Assembly (NCBI GenBank): GCA_004764695.1
Contig: SMSO01000008.1
Span: 1-64,000, forward strand
DNA: 64,000 nucleotides
Reading direction: 5' to 3'
From: Schizochytrium sp. TIO01
Taxonomy: Eukaryota > Protista > Bigyra: Labyrinthulomycetes
Shown: positions 31,200-44,574 of the stretch, piece by piece
Numbering within the stretch: the first letter of the stretch is position 1
Layout: the number at the start of each line of letters is the position of its first letter
Translations under genes and position numbers: made by a program
The notes under the pieces: model-generated
Database searches by the model: none
What the model was told of the DNA's origin: nothing
The model's input: the letters and a program-made list of their open reading frames with translations, nothing else

Positions 31200-33739
31200 T
31201 GGTTATGTGAAACTCTGGCGCGGTACACGGGACTCTATTGATTGCCGGGCAAGTCGGGAGTGAGAGATCCTGCTCAAACGCTCATGCCTGCAAGCCCTCC
31301 TCGTCCACAGCCTATTTTCTTCCCTGCCGTTTCCAACTCAGGAGATCTTGAGAGTGTACCTGTTCAACATTGCTGAAAACTCCGCCTCATTTAAGAGGTC
31401 TTCCCTCGTCGTTCACAAACGGAATTCTCTACAAAACGCTGAGGAAAGCTTCATTGCGGGGCATCTGCTGCGCAGCACTATTCAATAAGACTCCTGTGAA
31501 GTCTCAGCAGGGAGAGTTGATGATGCTTTAAGCTTTCTCCTATTCTTGAGAGCAACTCCACTACTGACAGAAGTACAATTCTTATGGAGCATCGAGTCAG
31601 AGCGACAGGGACACAGAGTCAAGATGTCGCAGGAATGTGCAAGTATCACAACCAGCATGTAAAAAAGTGATAAACACACCTGCAACCATTGAAGGTAATT
31701 ATCCCTTAGTCCAGAAGCATGGGCACAACTTCTTGGCCAAGAAAGTCACCCCAAACGATGTTTTAGTCGTCGGTATTCCATCCATCCTTCTTCTCAAGAA
31801 ATTTTCGGACACCGTCTCGGTCTGCTGTTCCAGGCGTTTCGCTAGTCTTCTGACTAGTTGGTTGACCCGTCCTCATTTCACGGCTTTTGGTATGTCCAGA
31901 CAGAGAGCAAGTTGCCTGTGAGTACGAATCCGGCTGATATTGACCAACCTTCCTTCCTCAACACGGACGGACTTGACAAGGAGATGACTCGGAAGCTACA
32001 GCGAGCATGAGCCAATTACATCGAATGTAGACCAAAAGCTGCGGATGATGAGCAAGCGTGGCTTCGAAGCGTGTCGGGCGCTGAGGTCGTGAATCATGGA
32101 ACTCGAAGACTGGATAAGGAAACAGGGTTTGTGGACTGGCCCAAGATGGCCGGGGCTGACAAGATTGGGGTGCCAAAGGTGGCGTGGAAGAGTGAAGAGA
32201 AGTTTGCTGTGGATATCTCCATGTACGAGGTCACCTTGCCACGTTCCCTTCCATGAATGCTGATTGACCTGGATCAAATATTTTATTCTTTAGAAATGAA
32301 TGAATTGGTCTCATGAAGGCGTGGTGGAATTATGAAAATTCATTCATTGTTGGCAATCCAGGGATCTCAAAGTCTTGACACCTTTGGAAGTACTCAGTGG
32401 TGGTATCCAACCCTGATGTGTGGCGTGCTCTTGGTGAAGACGTCGCAATGCTTCCACAGCCACAAATGATCTTGTTCTGCCGAAACGGAGCAGCCGTCAG
32501 CGTTGATTCATTCTTCTTGTCGCCAGAGGCAGGTTCAAGACAAGTTTGTCGGGTTGAGAGGGACATCGCAATTAGTGTATCTGCGCTCAGGCCTGTTTCT
32601 CATAATGGTAATGTACAAATGTTGTATGAGCCAGAGGCCTCGAGGCAGGCAGTATCTGCAGTTCGGAGAATACCATGCGTTGCTGCCTGCTCTCCAGATA
32701 CGCAGCGCTACAAAGAGCTTTGTAAACAGTATGATGCAAAGAACAGTATGATGCAAAACATCTTTATATGTCATGCCCGACATGGAATGAAGTACTTACG
32801 ATGGGATCGAGTCTTGTATCTTTAGCTGAATGCTCGCACTTTACTCCAACAGAGATTCTTAAACGTAAGTCCAGTTTGCGGTTTGTGTTCACTTCAAGTT
32901 TGGATTTCGAACAGTATTCTAAAAACATTCAAGACAAAGTTAGCAACATGGAAAAATCGGAGGTATTTAAAAGCTCTAACAAGGCTCCGCCTCGAAACTC
33001 ACTCACAAGAGGATCACTTGACGCACACGCTAGGCTCACTAGTAACTCCAGATACAGACGTAGGAGATTATTTCAACTTTAAACTTGTTCCTGCATTCGA
33101 TGGTATTTTACAACGACTGAGAGAAAAGGGTAATTCCATCCCTATCGACGAGGCTCGTCGCAAGATATACCTGATGAACTTGAGCCCTCTCAAAGATCAC
33201 GGTGGCCTAATGTTGTTGGAGACCTATTTCATTTCAGGCAAAGGTCTACAATGGCGGTGGTCGAAAGTGGAGAACAGAGGAAGAAAGGGACACGTGCCTT
33301 TTCCATCCGCCGATTCATTAGAACCAGGGCAAGTGCGATACGCGCCTCGTAGTAAGACAAGTACAAGTGTAATTTGGAACCACTTTGTGAAAGCGTCTGA
33401 TATGGACTTTGTATATTTGTACAAGCCGTTGGATCCAACATATTTGTTGATTTGCTCTGGGTAAAAGGTGATGGAGGGCTTTCAGATAGACTCGGCGGGC
33501 ATCGTACCGTGCATGCTATACAGTGCACACTGAGTGACAGGCATCCTAAACCAAAGACTGCATATGAATCACTGCGAAGGAAGCTGGATCTTGGTCCTGG
33601 CGACCGTATGATTGTGTATTTCGCAACACTTTCTAAATATGAGCAGAGCTACATTAATGGTTCAAAGTCAACGTTTTGGAAGAATGAGCTGCCACTTCCT
33701 GTCTTTCGTGCTTTAAGAGCTCTAAAATCTACATTTTGA
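31200..33739 (+). pseudogene. Disrupted Crinkler/RHS-type P-loop NTPase plus restriction-endonuclease-like gene
   Basis: Fragments in several frames: FIVGNPGISKS* (32343-32378, Walker A followed by TGA), ACSPDTQRYKELCK, PTWNEVL, LYKPLDPT...AIQCTLSDRHPK. This motif order is typical of CRN/RHS NTPase-REase proteins. The 5' limit is uncertain. Confidence 0.6.
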
Positions 33740-34869
33740 AGGACCCCGAGTTCACGTAACATGTGTATTAAAACATATTCAGTACGCCAGCGTCACAAAA
33801 GGCACCAAGGCTAGTTTTAAAGAAATCTAATCGGAAAGGGCATATTGCCTGCCAGAGGAATTGTTTGGATTTAGGAGATGAAGTCTATTATCTTAGTACT
33901 GAGAAGCAAAACAGATTCAACATCACGGCATAACTTTGCATGGCTTAAAGGAACTCGATTGTGATACCACTGGCATGATGCCTGATATTTTGTGACACCA
34001 ATTGCATTCATGTGTTACACCGCATGAGATACACGCACGCATATTAGGAAACAGAGGGAGCAAGGTAGCGTCGAGAGGAGTTTGCAAAGCAAATCTGACG
34101 CAGATCCGAATCAACCTGAATCGACCCAAATCGATTCAACAAGACTACAAGCTATCCAAGACAAGCACTAACCCTAGCTTCAATACAAATTAAACCCAAC
34201 TATCTCCAACATTTCCTCAATCACCTTATAACCATGTTTCATGGTATCAGCCTCTGCAACCGATTTCTTTTCGGCCAGATTCAAGTACAGCTATTCGCAT
34301 AATAGACGAGATGCAACATTAGGACTATTGCAGATGATATACCCCGAAAATCACACAATAGCACGTTTGAGCAACGAAGACCTCAGGCTAGATGGTCGTA
34401 GAACTAGGTACCTGACAATAAAACTTATCCTCCAGGAAATAAATCAATATATAACGTCATATGAAGCTTCCTTTTTATTCATGACTGAATGTATGATGAT
34501 AGGTAAGGTAGTCTCGTGAGAATTTCTTATGTATGATTTATGAGAACAAATGAAGAAAACAAGCCAAGTATGTATTCAAGCAAACCTGCTTAACGTGCAT
34601 CTAGGTGAAAGAATGGCTACAGTCCAAACCAATCTCAAGGTTTCAAACGATGTCCATAATTTCTATAGGATACCATGCTTTTCCTTTTCACCTTCTTTCA
34701 TTGTCATTGCTCAATCGGTTTCCTCAGTTCACTTCTCTTTACCCACTGCACTACAAGCCGTTCTGCGATAAGAACTTCGTCTCTCTCAATGTACTCTCAT
34801 ATCAACTAATAACTACATCAGAAATCCGGCTTTATTCATTTTTTTATTGTAGAAAAAAAATCCTTCAAA

Positions 34870-36075
34870 TTCAAAGAAAATAGTAAAGAAAATCCACTCA
34901 TTGATTCATGCTGACTGAACAGCATTTCGAGGTCATCAGCTTCTCTGGCGAGTTGCTCAAGGTCAGTACAGACATAATATCTGCCAAAGTCAATTACCGC
35001 CACAGATTCGCCATTCCATACAAAGTTGTTTAGAGCTACATCATTGTGAAACACATCAGCCTTGTGCACTGCCATTAAGCCTTCATAAGGACAGCATTGT
35101 ATACGGGTGGAAAGCTCTTACTGTTGTGAAAGTTGAAGGAGCGTATCACTGCCATGCCCAGTGACTACAAGGAAGCGCTCCATTTTCGAATAAGCCCACC
35201 AAAGATAAATCAAGGCACCGCAATCCCTTGTAGTCCCTGCAAAGGTCCGCAATACATGTGTATTTCGTTTACAAATGTAGATTCAATGGCATCAGCTTCT
35301 TTTTGGCAGTTTGGATAGAAAAGTGTCTTTACTACTCCTTACCGTCTTTAGAGTCGTTCGAGCAACAAAGGGTCTCGTAGGAAGGTTCCAACGGAAGTGA
35401 CATCTCGAAGCTACTTCCCCACCTCAATCCTGCTTGCACTTGCACTTGGAACCTGCGGTCAGAGTGGCACTATCAGTCTGCGATGGCATACCAAGCTGGA
35501 GCCTTGGCTTCCAGAAGTTAAGTTTTTCAGTTGCTTCGAGCAATAGTTTCACAGCCGAGAGATATGTTCTGCTAGGGGTCTTTTGCAATAACAGCAAGTT
35601 TTCCAGTAGGATACAAATTAGACAAAAATATGCGTTCCTGAGTGATCTCCTTCCTTCTTCCATACATGAAAATCCATTTGATGAGATCTCCAATCGAACG
35701 AACTAGTGGACAAGACATTACTAGATCTCTTGGCGTCCCTTTGTAAAACCCTAGTAGACATAGGGCTTACAATAGAGCAAGAGTAGGCGGCCAGAGTCAA
35801 GAACCAAAAGTGTGAATACACATCACCTACATCCAAGCATGGTGTAACTTGAATCGATGGTTGTAGAGGTTGAATGAACTTAACCCCATCGAGCATCTCT
35901 AACACCTTTCAAGAATGTCTTAACCTCCCTAATCACTACATGAATCTATCTGTCCTAGAACTCATTCTCCAGCGCTAACTCTTAAATCAAGCTTCGTAAA
36001 GCCTTCATCAAGACCCTTGCCTTCATCTTTACAGTCAACCCCAAGCTGACCAGAATAATCTCCCGGTAACTGCAT
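34870..36075 (-). pseudogene. Decayed protein-kinase-like gene (copy 1)
   Basis: HKADVFHNDVALNNFVWNGESVAVIDFG (catalytic loop plus DFG) in ORF 34836-35075; upstream parts are broken by stops and frameshifts. Confidence 0.65.
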
Positions 36076-37368
36076 CGACCAGGTAGTCTATTTGTTGTTG
36101 TAAAGATACGGCGGTTGTCACAGGACTTCGCGAAGGTGCCTAATGATGATTACTTATTTAGGGAAATGTCTGAGATGATAGTAGTTAGTTAGTATTAGGA
36201 CTAGGGTTGTCTTGTTAAATGTGCTTGATAGATTCAAGTGCTTTGGTCGCTTTTGTATTTCGGGTCTGTTTGTCAGGTTTTGCTTTGCAAACTCCTCTCA
36301 ATGCTTGCTTTTCCCTTCGTTCCTTGGATGAGTCACGTGCAGTGTTACACATCACCCATCATGACACCTTTTGACACTATTGTGTCGAATAGGTACTCCT
36401 CTTAACCTTGCAAAGTTATGTCGCAACGGTGTATCTGTATTCCTTCTCAGTAGTGCCTGCATGATTAGTCATCATTTCTTTTAAGTATCGTCGGGAGGGG
36501 GGACATCAAATGCTTTACTCTTTAAAGTTACTTACAAAGCCTGAAGCAAGACTTTGTCCTATTGAACATAAAATCTTCCTTTGAATTGCGCATCACTTCG
36601 AGGTATATCCCGACAAGAACACAGTATTCATATACAAGCGTATCGAGACGGATCGTCTTCAGCACTGTCTCTCTCTTCCTTAGTCAAACAGTCAGAAGGA
36701 TTGGCAGGTCTTTCAGTTCAATTACATTTTGAAAATCGAGTTTATACGACATAGTTGAAATTTAGCCTTCATCAGTGGATCTGATGGAGAGAAGCGTGGA
36801 TAATATAAGTATAGACACGAAATAAGAAAGGAGTGGCCCTGGGATATGTGGGAGTTGATAAATGAGGTCAGGTTAGTAGTACCAACATCCATTGCCCCAG
36901 TTTTTACTAGCTCGGCATAGTACTATAGGCAAAGATATGAAATTTTTACACTCTTTTTCGTAGCACTAAAAAGGAGTTTTCGATGTCTATCAAAACGGCC
37001 TATCATAAGAACAAAATTGAGTGAAGTTACTTGATCGATTTGTCCCTCCTAGGATCCCCTGCTTTGGTTTCGGGTTTAAAACAGACTTACCTTTGCGATA
37101 TCGCGCCTAGTCAATATGCTTCCTGTGCCAAACAAAAGTCGAAGCTATGCGTCTTGCCGGCTCCGAAAATGCAGCAGAGGCTAAAGCTCGTTTGCTTTGC
37201 ACGAACGGAGGTGGTCTTCTTGAGTTGAAGTTCCTAGAATCAAACCCCGTGTTCAATTGACAATAGCACTAGACTGTTTCATTTTGGGAAGCGGGGTCCA
37301 TCTGCTAATGAGAAACAATGTTGTGCGAGAGCAAACACTAACATACGTGAAACATCCATTGCTCAAAC

Positions 37369-40300
37369 TTAGGATAATCGTGATTTTTCAATTTGACTAA
37401 GAACATGACGAACCATATCGTGGAGCTCCTTAATCTCACTTGGAGATCCACCACTCGTCATGTTAACATAAAGAGGATTAATTCCCCACGAACCGCCAAA
37501 AACGCCTTCCCACTTGCTTGTATCAGTCATAGCTTGCTCAAGTACAACCGGAATCATGCGAACTCGGGACTTTCTCTTTACCAGGTACTCAAACTCATAA
37601 CGACAGTAATCTTCCCTCGCGGGGTCAGAGTTCACCTTCTCCATGTATTCCCGTGTAACAAAGACAACGCCCACTTTGGAATCATCGATACCCTGAGTCA
37701 TTATACGAGTAATCTCGCCGTGCTGCACCTCGTTCCGATCGAGCCAACATGATATACCATGATTGTTCTGCAACTCACCACTTACACGGCATACAAAGCT
37801 ATGCACAGTCTGATCGTTACCCCAAGCGTGTGACAAGAAGACGTCATACTTCTCCTCTCGTTGTGCTGTTATCTTCGATTCTATCTCTTCAGCCTCATCT
37901 CTGTTGGCAAAAAACAACCGAAAGGATGACAGCCTCAACCTTTTTTTGCGCCCAACAGACGAGACCTTATTACCGCGCTGTGGCTTTGCCAGGTCACTAA
38001 TAGAGGCACAGCTTTGATCATTTGTGGTACCGTCACAGCTCAAAAACAAGCTCGGATTCAGTTTCTGTTTCATGAAAGCTTCATCTATCGATTGCAGTTG
38101 AGCGTGCAGTAATTGTACAATGTTCGTTAATGGCCTCTGTAAATCACTGCTTTCGTTTTCTTCATCATTTTCGAAATACATGATAATACGACGTCGAGTA
38201 TCATCCGGGACCAGGAGGACATAAATGCCATCAAATATGATGCTTGCCGCATTTGCGTACACCTGCTGAACCTCAACGAGCCCTTCAGGGAAATTTGACA
38301 CCATACTCGCAATAAAGCGTTGAATTACTCCTTTGGGAAAAAAGTCAAACTCGATATACACTAAAGCGGCGCCTTCAAATTGCGATAAGAGATCATTGAG
38401 CTCATCCTCAGAGATAGTCTTTAATAAACTAGGAATTAACAAAGCTCCCTCTGCGTCCAAGTCTCCTATCCATGGGCTTCTACTCGCCAGAAGCATCTCT
38501 GTCATGAGTTTAGAAAAGTACTCAACTAAGAAAGGTTGACCCCATAATGTTGACAGAAATAATTGACTTACAACACCACGTTTCTCCCATGTGTCTAGGT
38601 CGCGAAACCAATCTGTTGGTATATCAGCCTCTAAAGATGCCTCTTCCATTTTCTGCAAATGCACTTCCATATGCATTGGATCGCAAATTACTCGTGATAA
38701 GTTGTCCAGCAGCCATTGAGGTTGCAGGACCACATAGTTTGCCAGAACGGGCGTGGAGGTGAGATGTACAATAACCCCCAGCTCGTGCATGAACTCTAGC
38801 ATCTTCGTGGCGTCACCTTTTGAAATGCCACACGATCCTATTGCAAGCTCATACACAGCATCGAGCTCCATGTAGTCTTTTTTAGTTTTAAACATACGAT
38901 CGAAACAGAGAGACCATCGCAAAGGCACCTCCTCCTGTACATAAGGCTCCGAGGCCGCTGTAGTCATGAGAAACTGGCGAAGAAGTTCGCGACGTGACGC
39001 ATCCTGCCTTTCTGTGTTATCTAGAGGGTGAAAGTATAAACCGTCTGTCGTGTTTCTTACAAGGCGGAGGCCCTCGGCTTGAGAAAAGATCTTTCGCAAT
39101 TTAGCGTTTATGAGCTTCAGATTTTCCTTCGCATCCCGCAAAGCGTCGAGAAAGGTCCCCACAAGAACAACCTTCGCCCTATTCACATGTAAACGTATGG
39201 AGTCTAGCCAGAACCGAATTGTATTCAGCGCCGTTTCGCTGTCCTGCATGAAGTCATAGTCAGGACAGTCCTGGAAGTTATGTTTTCCAATCAGTTCTCG
39301 CATGTCGAAAACGATCACGTACGTGCCGTACTTAGTTAGGAAGAGGTGATGCAAAGCGTAGAAAACCTCCTGCCCACCATAATCCCAAATGGAGAAACTG
39401 ATATCGGTTTCAACCATTTGGCGACCTTTATTTTCTAATTGAAGCTTTACATCTGCTCTGAAAGATTTTGTCATTTCCTTAGAATCAATCTTTAGCTTAG
39501 AGCCATCATCTAATGGAAGTGCAGTGCTTGACTCCAAACGCGGGCGTTTCTTTGCATGAGCATTATTCGAGAGAAAATGTTCTTGCCTTTTGAACAATTG
39601 ATGTTTAGCAAGATCCTCAGAGAGGTAAACAGAATGATTGGGCATTGGGTCCTCTTTCCAGTCCTTTGTGCGAATCATCTTAAGTTCTATACCAATCGTC
39701 GACTTATGCTCCATTACAAATGCTTGACCGAGTAAAGTGCGAATAGTTGATGTCTTGCCAGCCCCTCCCTTCCCAACTACCATCAGTTTCGCTCGGCCCC
39801 ATCGTACCTTTTCATCTTGTGAGAAAGCATTCATTGCAGACTCTGCGAACTCGTTAACTATATCGTTGGCCAGTTTTAAGCGGTCACCAATATGAGCTTT
39901 CACATTTTCAGGAACATCATTATCAAGACTGCCGAGGTACACACAACTCTGCTTCATTAGTTTCAGATTTTCGAATCTCTCTTTTATCACTCAAGCTTTT
40001 TAAAAACATAAAAAAGCACGAAACTTACATGATTTTCTGAAGAACATGATTTTCATTCAGCGCCGCAGCCACTTCCTCAGCACCCTCTGAGCCGATTTTA
40101 TTCCGCTCTAGGCTGTTGATTTAATTGAATGATAGCAAGCAATGCATAGAATAATATATTACATGCATGAGTCATCTAGGTTGGCTTTCAGGAATTCATC
40201 ATTGCCACGTGGCCATGTATGCAAACTCAATCAAACAAAGAATCAATTCATCAATCAAACTAGCACTCGCTTACATAAGCTTCCAAAACAAAACTTGGCA

Positions 40301-42609
40301 AAGTACCGTCCAACTTAGCACATCAACCAACAAACAAGCAATCAAGGAAGTCTCATGTACAAATAAGGCCACTAAGACAACTTACTATAGGGAAGTCAGC
40401 GACCAGTTCTCTTTCAGAGCCGCAGCCACTGCTTTGGCGCCCTCTGGGCCGATGTTGTTGCCACCAAGATTTTGATTTGATTGAATGATGGCAACCAAGA
40501 CAATACACATTAGATGCAGGCATAGGCGTGAGTGATCGATGTTGGCTTTCAGGATTTCATCTTTGTTGAAATGTCATATTGCTCTTTGTTGGATACAAAC
40601 TCAATAAAACAGGTCATTGATCCGTGAATCAATCAAACAAGCAATCGCATACACAAACTTGCAAATCAAAACTGAGCAAAATATCACCGTGCAATTTAAC
40701 ACACTGAACAACCCACCACCCAAACAACCAAGTAAGCGAGCCTCATGTACTTGTTCGTACATGAGCTGCACTGTTGCGTAGACAACTTACGATAGTGATG
40801 TCAGCGACCGGTTCTCTTTCAGCGCCGCAGCCACTGCCTTGGCGCCCTCGTCGCCGATGTCGTTCAAATATAGACTGTTGATTTAATTAAAGGATGGCAA
40901 GCAATACATTGCATTATTATGCATGCATGGACGTGAGTGATCAAAGTTGGCTTTCAGAATTTCATCTTTTTATGTTGTCACTTTGTTCTTTGTTTGATGC
41001 AAACAGAGAACCAATCCATCAATCAATCAAACAAACTAGCAATCGCGTACATAAACTTGCAAATCAAAACCGAGCAAATGACTACCCTACAATTCAACGC
41101 ACTGAACAACCCACCACATAGACAACCAAGCAAGTGAGCCTCATGTAGAAACAAGCCCACGAGCTGCTACCAAAACGACTTACGATAGAGATTTCAGCGA
41201 CCAGTTCTCTTTCAGCGCCGCAGCCACTGCCTTGGCGCCCTCGTCGCCGATGTCGTTCCCATATAGACTTTTTAATTTAATTGAAGGATGACAAGCAATA
41301 CATAACATTATACGCATGTATGGACGTGAGTGATCTAGGTCGGCTTTCACAACTCATCTTTCTACGTTGTCACTTTGCTCTTTGTAAACAGAGAATCAAT
41401 CCATTACTCACACAAATAAGCGATCGCATACATAAACTTGAAAATTAAAACCCAGCAACAGACGACCACCGCGCAATTCAACGCACCAAACAACCCACCA
41501 CCCAGACAACCAAGCAACGCAAGCGGACCTTATTTACAAACAAGTCCACGAGCTGCTGCCAAGACAACTTACTATAGTGATGTCAGCGACTGGTTCTCTT
41601 TTAGCACCACAGCCATTGCCTTGGCGCCCTTCAAGCCGATTCTGTTAGAACGAAGACTGTTGATTTTTGATTTGATGGCAAGCAATACATTACATTATAC
41701 GCATGCATGGATGTGAGTGATCTATGTTGGCTTTCAGGAGTTCGTCTTTGTTGCGTTGCCATTTTGCTCTTTGTTGGATGCATACTGAATCAATCAAACA
41801 GACAATCTATCTATAAATCAAATAAACAAACAAGCAAGCGTAAAAACTTGCAAAACAAATTCGTGCTAACCACCGCTGTGCAATTCAACACACCAAACAA
41901 TCCACCTCCCACCTACCCAGCTGAGCAAGCAATCAACGAAACAATTTAGCAAAAGCAACCCACATGCCGCCGTCTAACACAACTTACTCAAGTGATGACA
42001 GCGACCGGTTCTCTTTCAGAGCCGCAACCACTGCTTTGGCGCCCTCTGGGCCGATGTTGTTGCCACCAAGACTTTTGATTTGATTGAATGATGGCAACCA
42101 AGACAATACACATTAGATGCATGCATAGAATTAGTGAGTGATCGATTTTGGCTTTCAGAATTTCATCTTTGTTGAAATGTCATATTGCTCTTTGTTGGAT
42201 ACAAACTCAATAAAATAGATCATTGATCCGTGAATCAATCAAACAAGCAATCGCATACACAAACTTGCAAATCAAAACTGAGCAAAATATCACCGTCCAA
42301 TTTAACACACTGAACAACCCACCACCCAAACAACCAAGTAAGCGAGCCTCATGTACAAACAAGTGTAAGACAACTTACTCAAGTGATGTCAGCGACTGGT
42401 TCTCTTTCAGAGCCGCAGCCACTGCTTTGGCACCCTCTGGGCCGATGTTGTTGCCACCAAGACTTTTGATTTGATTGAATGATGGCAACCAAGACAATAC
42501 ACATTAGATGCATGCATAGAATTAGTGAGTGATCGATATTGGCTTTCAGGATTTCATCATTGTTGCGTTGTCATATTGCTCTTTGTTAGATGCATACTTA
42601 ATACAACAG

Positions 42610-42687
<78 letters not shown>

Positions 42688-42765
42688 GATGCTAACTTAC
42701 TTCAGTGTTGTAGCACCATTCTGAAGCTGTTCAAGGGCAGCGACAACACGTGGGTGGTCCGACAT
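37369..42765 (-). CDS. Multi-exon LRR-Roc-COR-TIR (ROCO family) protein B, ~1040-1070 aa
   Basis: Exon 1 is 42765-42701 (MSDHPRVVAALEQLQNGATTL). The 84-nt LRR exons are at 42379-42462, 41988-42071, 41573-41656, 41184-41267, 40791-40874, 40386-40469 (acceptor lost) and 40029-40112. The last exon is predicted at 39928-37369 (CAG|TCTT, phase 2). Roc motifs GKGGAGKTS, STIG, WDYGGQE, VGTFLD; COR motifs FMHELGVI, VLQPQWL; TIR motifs YDVFLSH, CWLD, GIDDSKV, CRYEF. Confidence 0.92.
42611..42687. repeat. (GCAA)n microsatellite, ~19 units, in intron 1 of LRR gene B
   Basis: Read directly; same position as in gene A. Confidence 0.95.
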
Positions 42766-43230
42766 CGCAGCAAGTAAAGATCTATGCCTTAACCAGCGTG
42801 CTCGTGCTTGTATCCCTTTAGCTAAGCTCGTGGCACAGCCCCGGTTGTTGCAGAAGGCTACTGGACGCAAAAGATGCAGGTTTGCAAGGTAGCTTGCACA
42901 CGTTCTGACTTACGGAGTACTAAGGTTTTCCATAAGAGGGAGATGCTTTTGAATATGCTCTTGAAATAAAAAAATATTTTACTAATTTGAACCTCTAACC
43001 TTACCGGGTTCTGCATATGCCTTTCTTTCTCGCTCTTTCAACTCTTACTATTACTATCTCAGTAAACCTACTACTAGAAAGAATATCTTTTGCAGTGATA
43101 TTGCTCCAGAAGTTCCAGCAATACTATCCCTTAGCACTACCTACTATGAACTAGATAGCCATAGAAGTAAGAAGTAAACAACAACCCACTCAATACTATG
43201 TATAAGTACAGTATGAACCATCGGTACACC

Positions 43231-43349
43231 ACATTCGATCATACCACGCGGGTAACACCTCATCTCATTCGCACTGAGAAGTAAAGTCGCGTAGGGCCGG
43301 GTCAGTAGTATGATAGGGGACTGCATGCGAAGCCCCGGTGTTGAATGTT
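43231..43349 (+). rRNA. 5S rRNA gene (copy 2)
   Basis: Matches copy 1 except for one base (CGAAG versus CGGAG) while the flanks have diverged; followed by a T-run. Confidence 0.9.
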
Positions 43350-44387
43350 TTTTCCTCCATTCATTTTTTTCTATCACAACATGAAAGCAACTCCAAGGTG
43401 ATATATATATATATATCTTTTTTAAGGTGAATATCTGAATCTCCTGAAGCACGTCGCCTTGAGACACGATGGGAAGATTGCTCAGTCGTTGAAAATATTG
43501 TCTTTAGTTCAAATTGACTAAAGCTTTTGCTCGCTGCATCGCAAATTTGCATGTAAACCACCATATGTAAGAGTCAAGTGTGCAGAATCAACGAGAAGGA
43601 CAATATTTTGAATGAGGTGGTCACGGACTCTTCACCATAACTTTTGACATGTTCTAGGGCTTTGTACTCCAGGCGAACCACGCGTGTTGTACTCATTTTC
43701 AATGCAATCTTTAATATTATATTTATCTCCTTCTACAAGTTGTTTGCCTCTTCCACAGTCCAGTGTGCCTTGAAGATATAATAATAATTGTCATGGTCGC
43801 AAAAGAAAAGGCTTTCTAACAGGTATTCTTTTAAATGCAAAAATCTTCTTTGCGTTCTAAAATTGCCAAGACAACGGAGCGCTCGCATCCCTGCTCCTGC
43901 AACCTTATAGATTGTCAACTCATATATTTTCATTACGCGTATATGTAGTTTATACTCTGTTTTGATCGAAAAACTTCACCCTGGCTCAGGCTGGTGTGGT
44001 CAAAATCATCGAAAACATCTACATAAATGGAAAATAGTTTGCTTGTGTAATTCTGAGTAGATGTTATCATGTCATGGTAGTTGCAAATGCTTTGGTTCAC
44101 CATGATTTTTTCAATGTCTGATTCGTCTTGAGCGCCTAAGCCCAAGCCAGACAACTTTCCTTGCCTATAACTTTAGGATCAAGGCTATTCATTCATATTA
44201 GTTAAAATGGAGTATCTGATTGTAATATGAAATTGATTCAAGAGTTATTTTTGGCAAACCACTGATTTCACAAATCAGGTGACTAGAGGCCACACCAGTA
44301 GTACTATCGCATCATAAATAGTCATTCGGTCGCGCATCAGGTTCTTCGTGCTGTGGCCTTCTTTCCATCTCCCTCACCCTTGCTAGG

Positions 44388-44574
44388 TATTGAACTAATA
44401 TACGGCTACTGTCTAACCTAACCTAACTAAGCTCTCCTGCCCACACATTAACCTGCCTGTATGCAGACTTGAAACCCCGATAACTCATATATCATCCTCT
44501 GTCTCTTTCTCCTGAGTTCGTCATTCTTGTCAGACTACCTCTCCACGCTTCACAGCACAGGCTACTCTGCAATA
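44388..44574 (+). mobile_element. Solo LTR of the element-2 copia family
   Basis: TATTG...CAATA ends, clear similarity to 53815-54041, and TSD CTAGG at 44383-44387 and 44575-44579. Confidence 0.92.

Noticed and set aside
39929-39990. GTG start at 39990 for a stand-alone Roc-COR-TIR protein
   Set aside because: Eukaryotic context; the segment is better explained as the end of a 100-nt intron (ACTAAT branch-like site, CAG acceptor) joining the LRR exons in phase.
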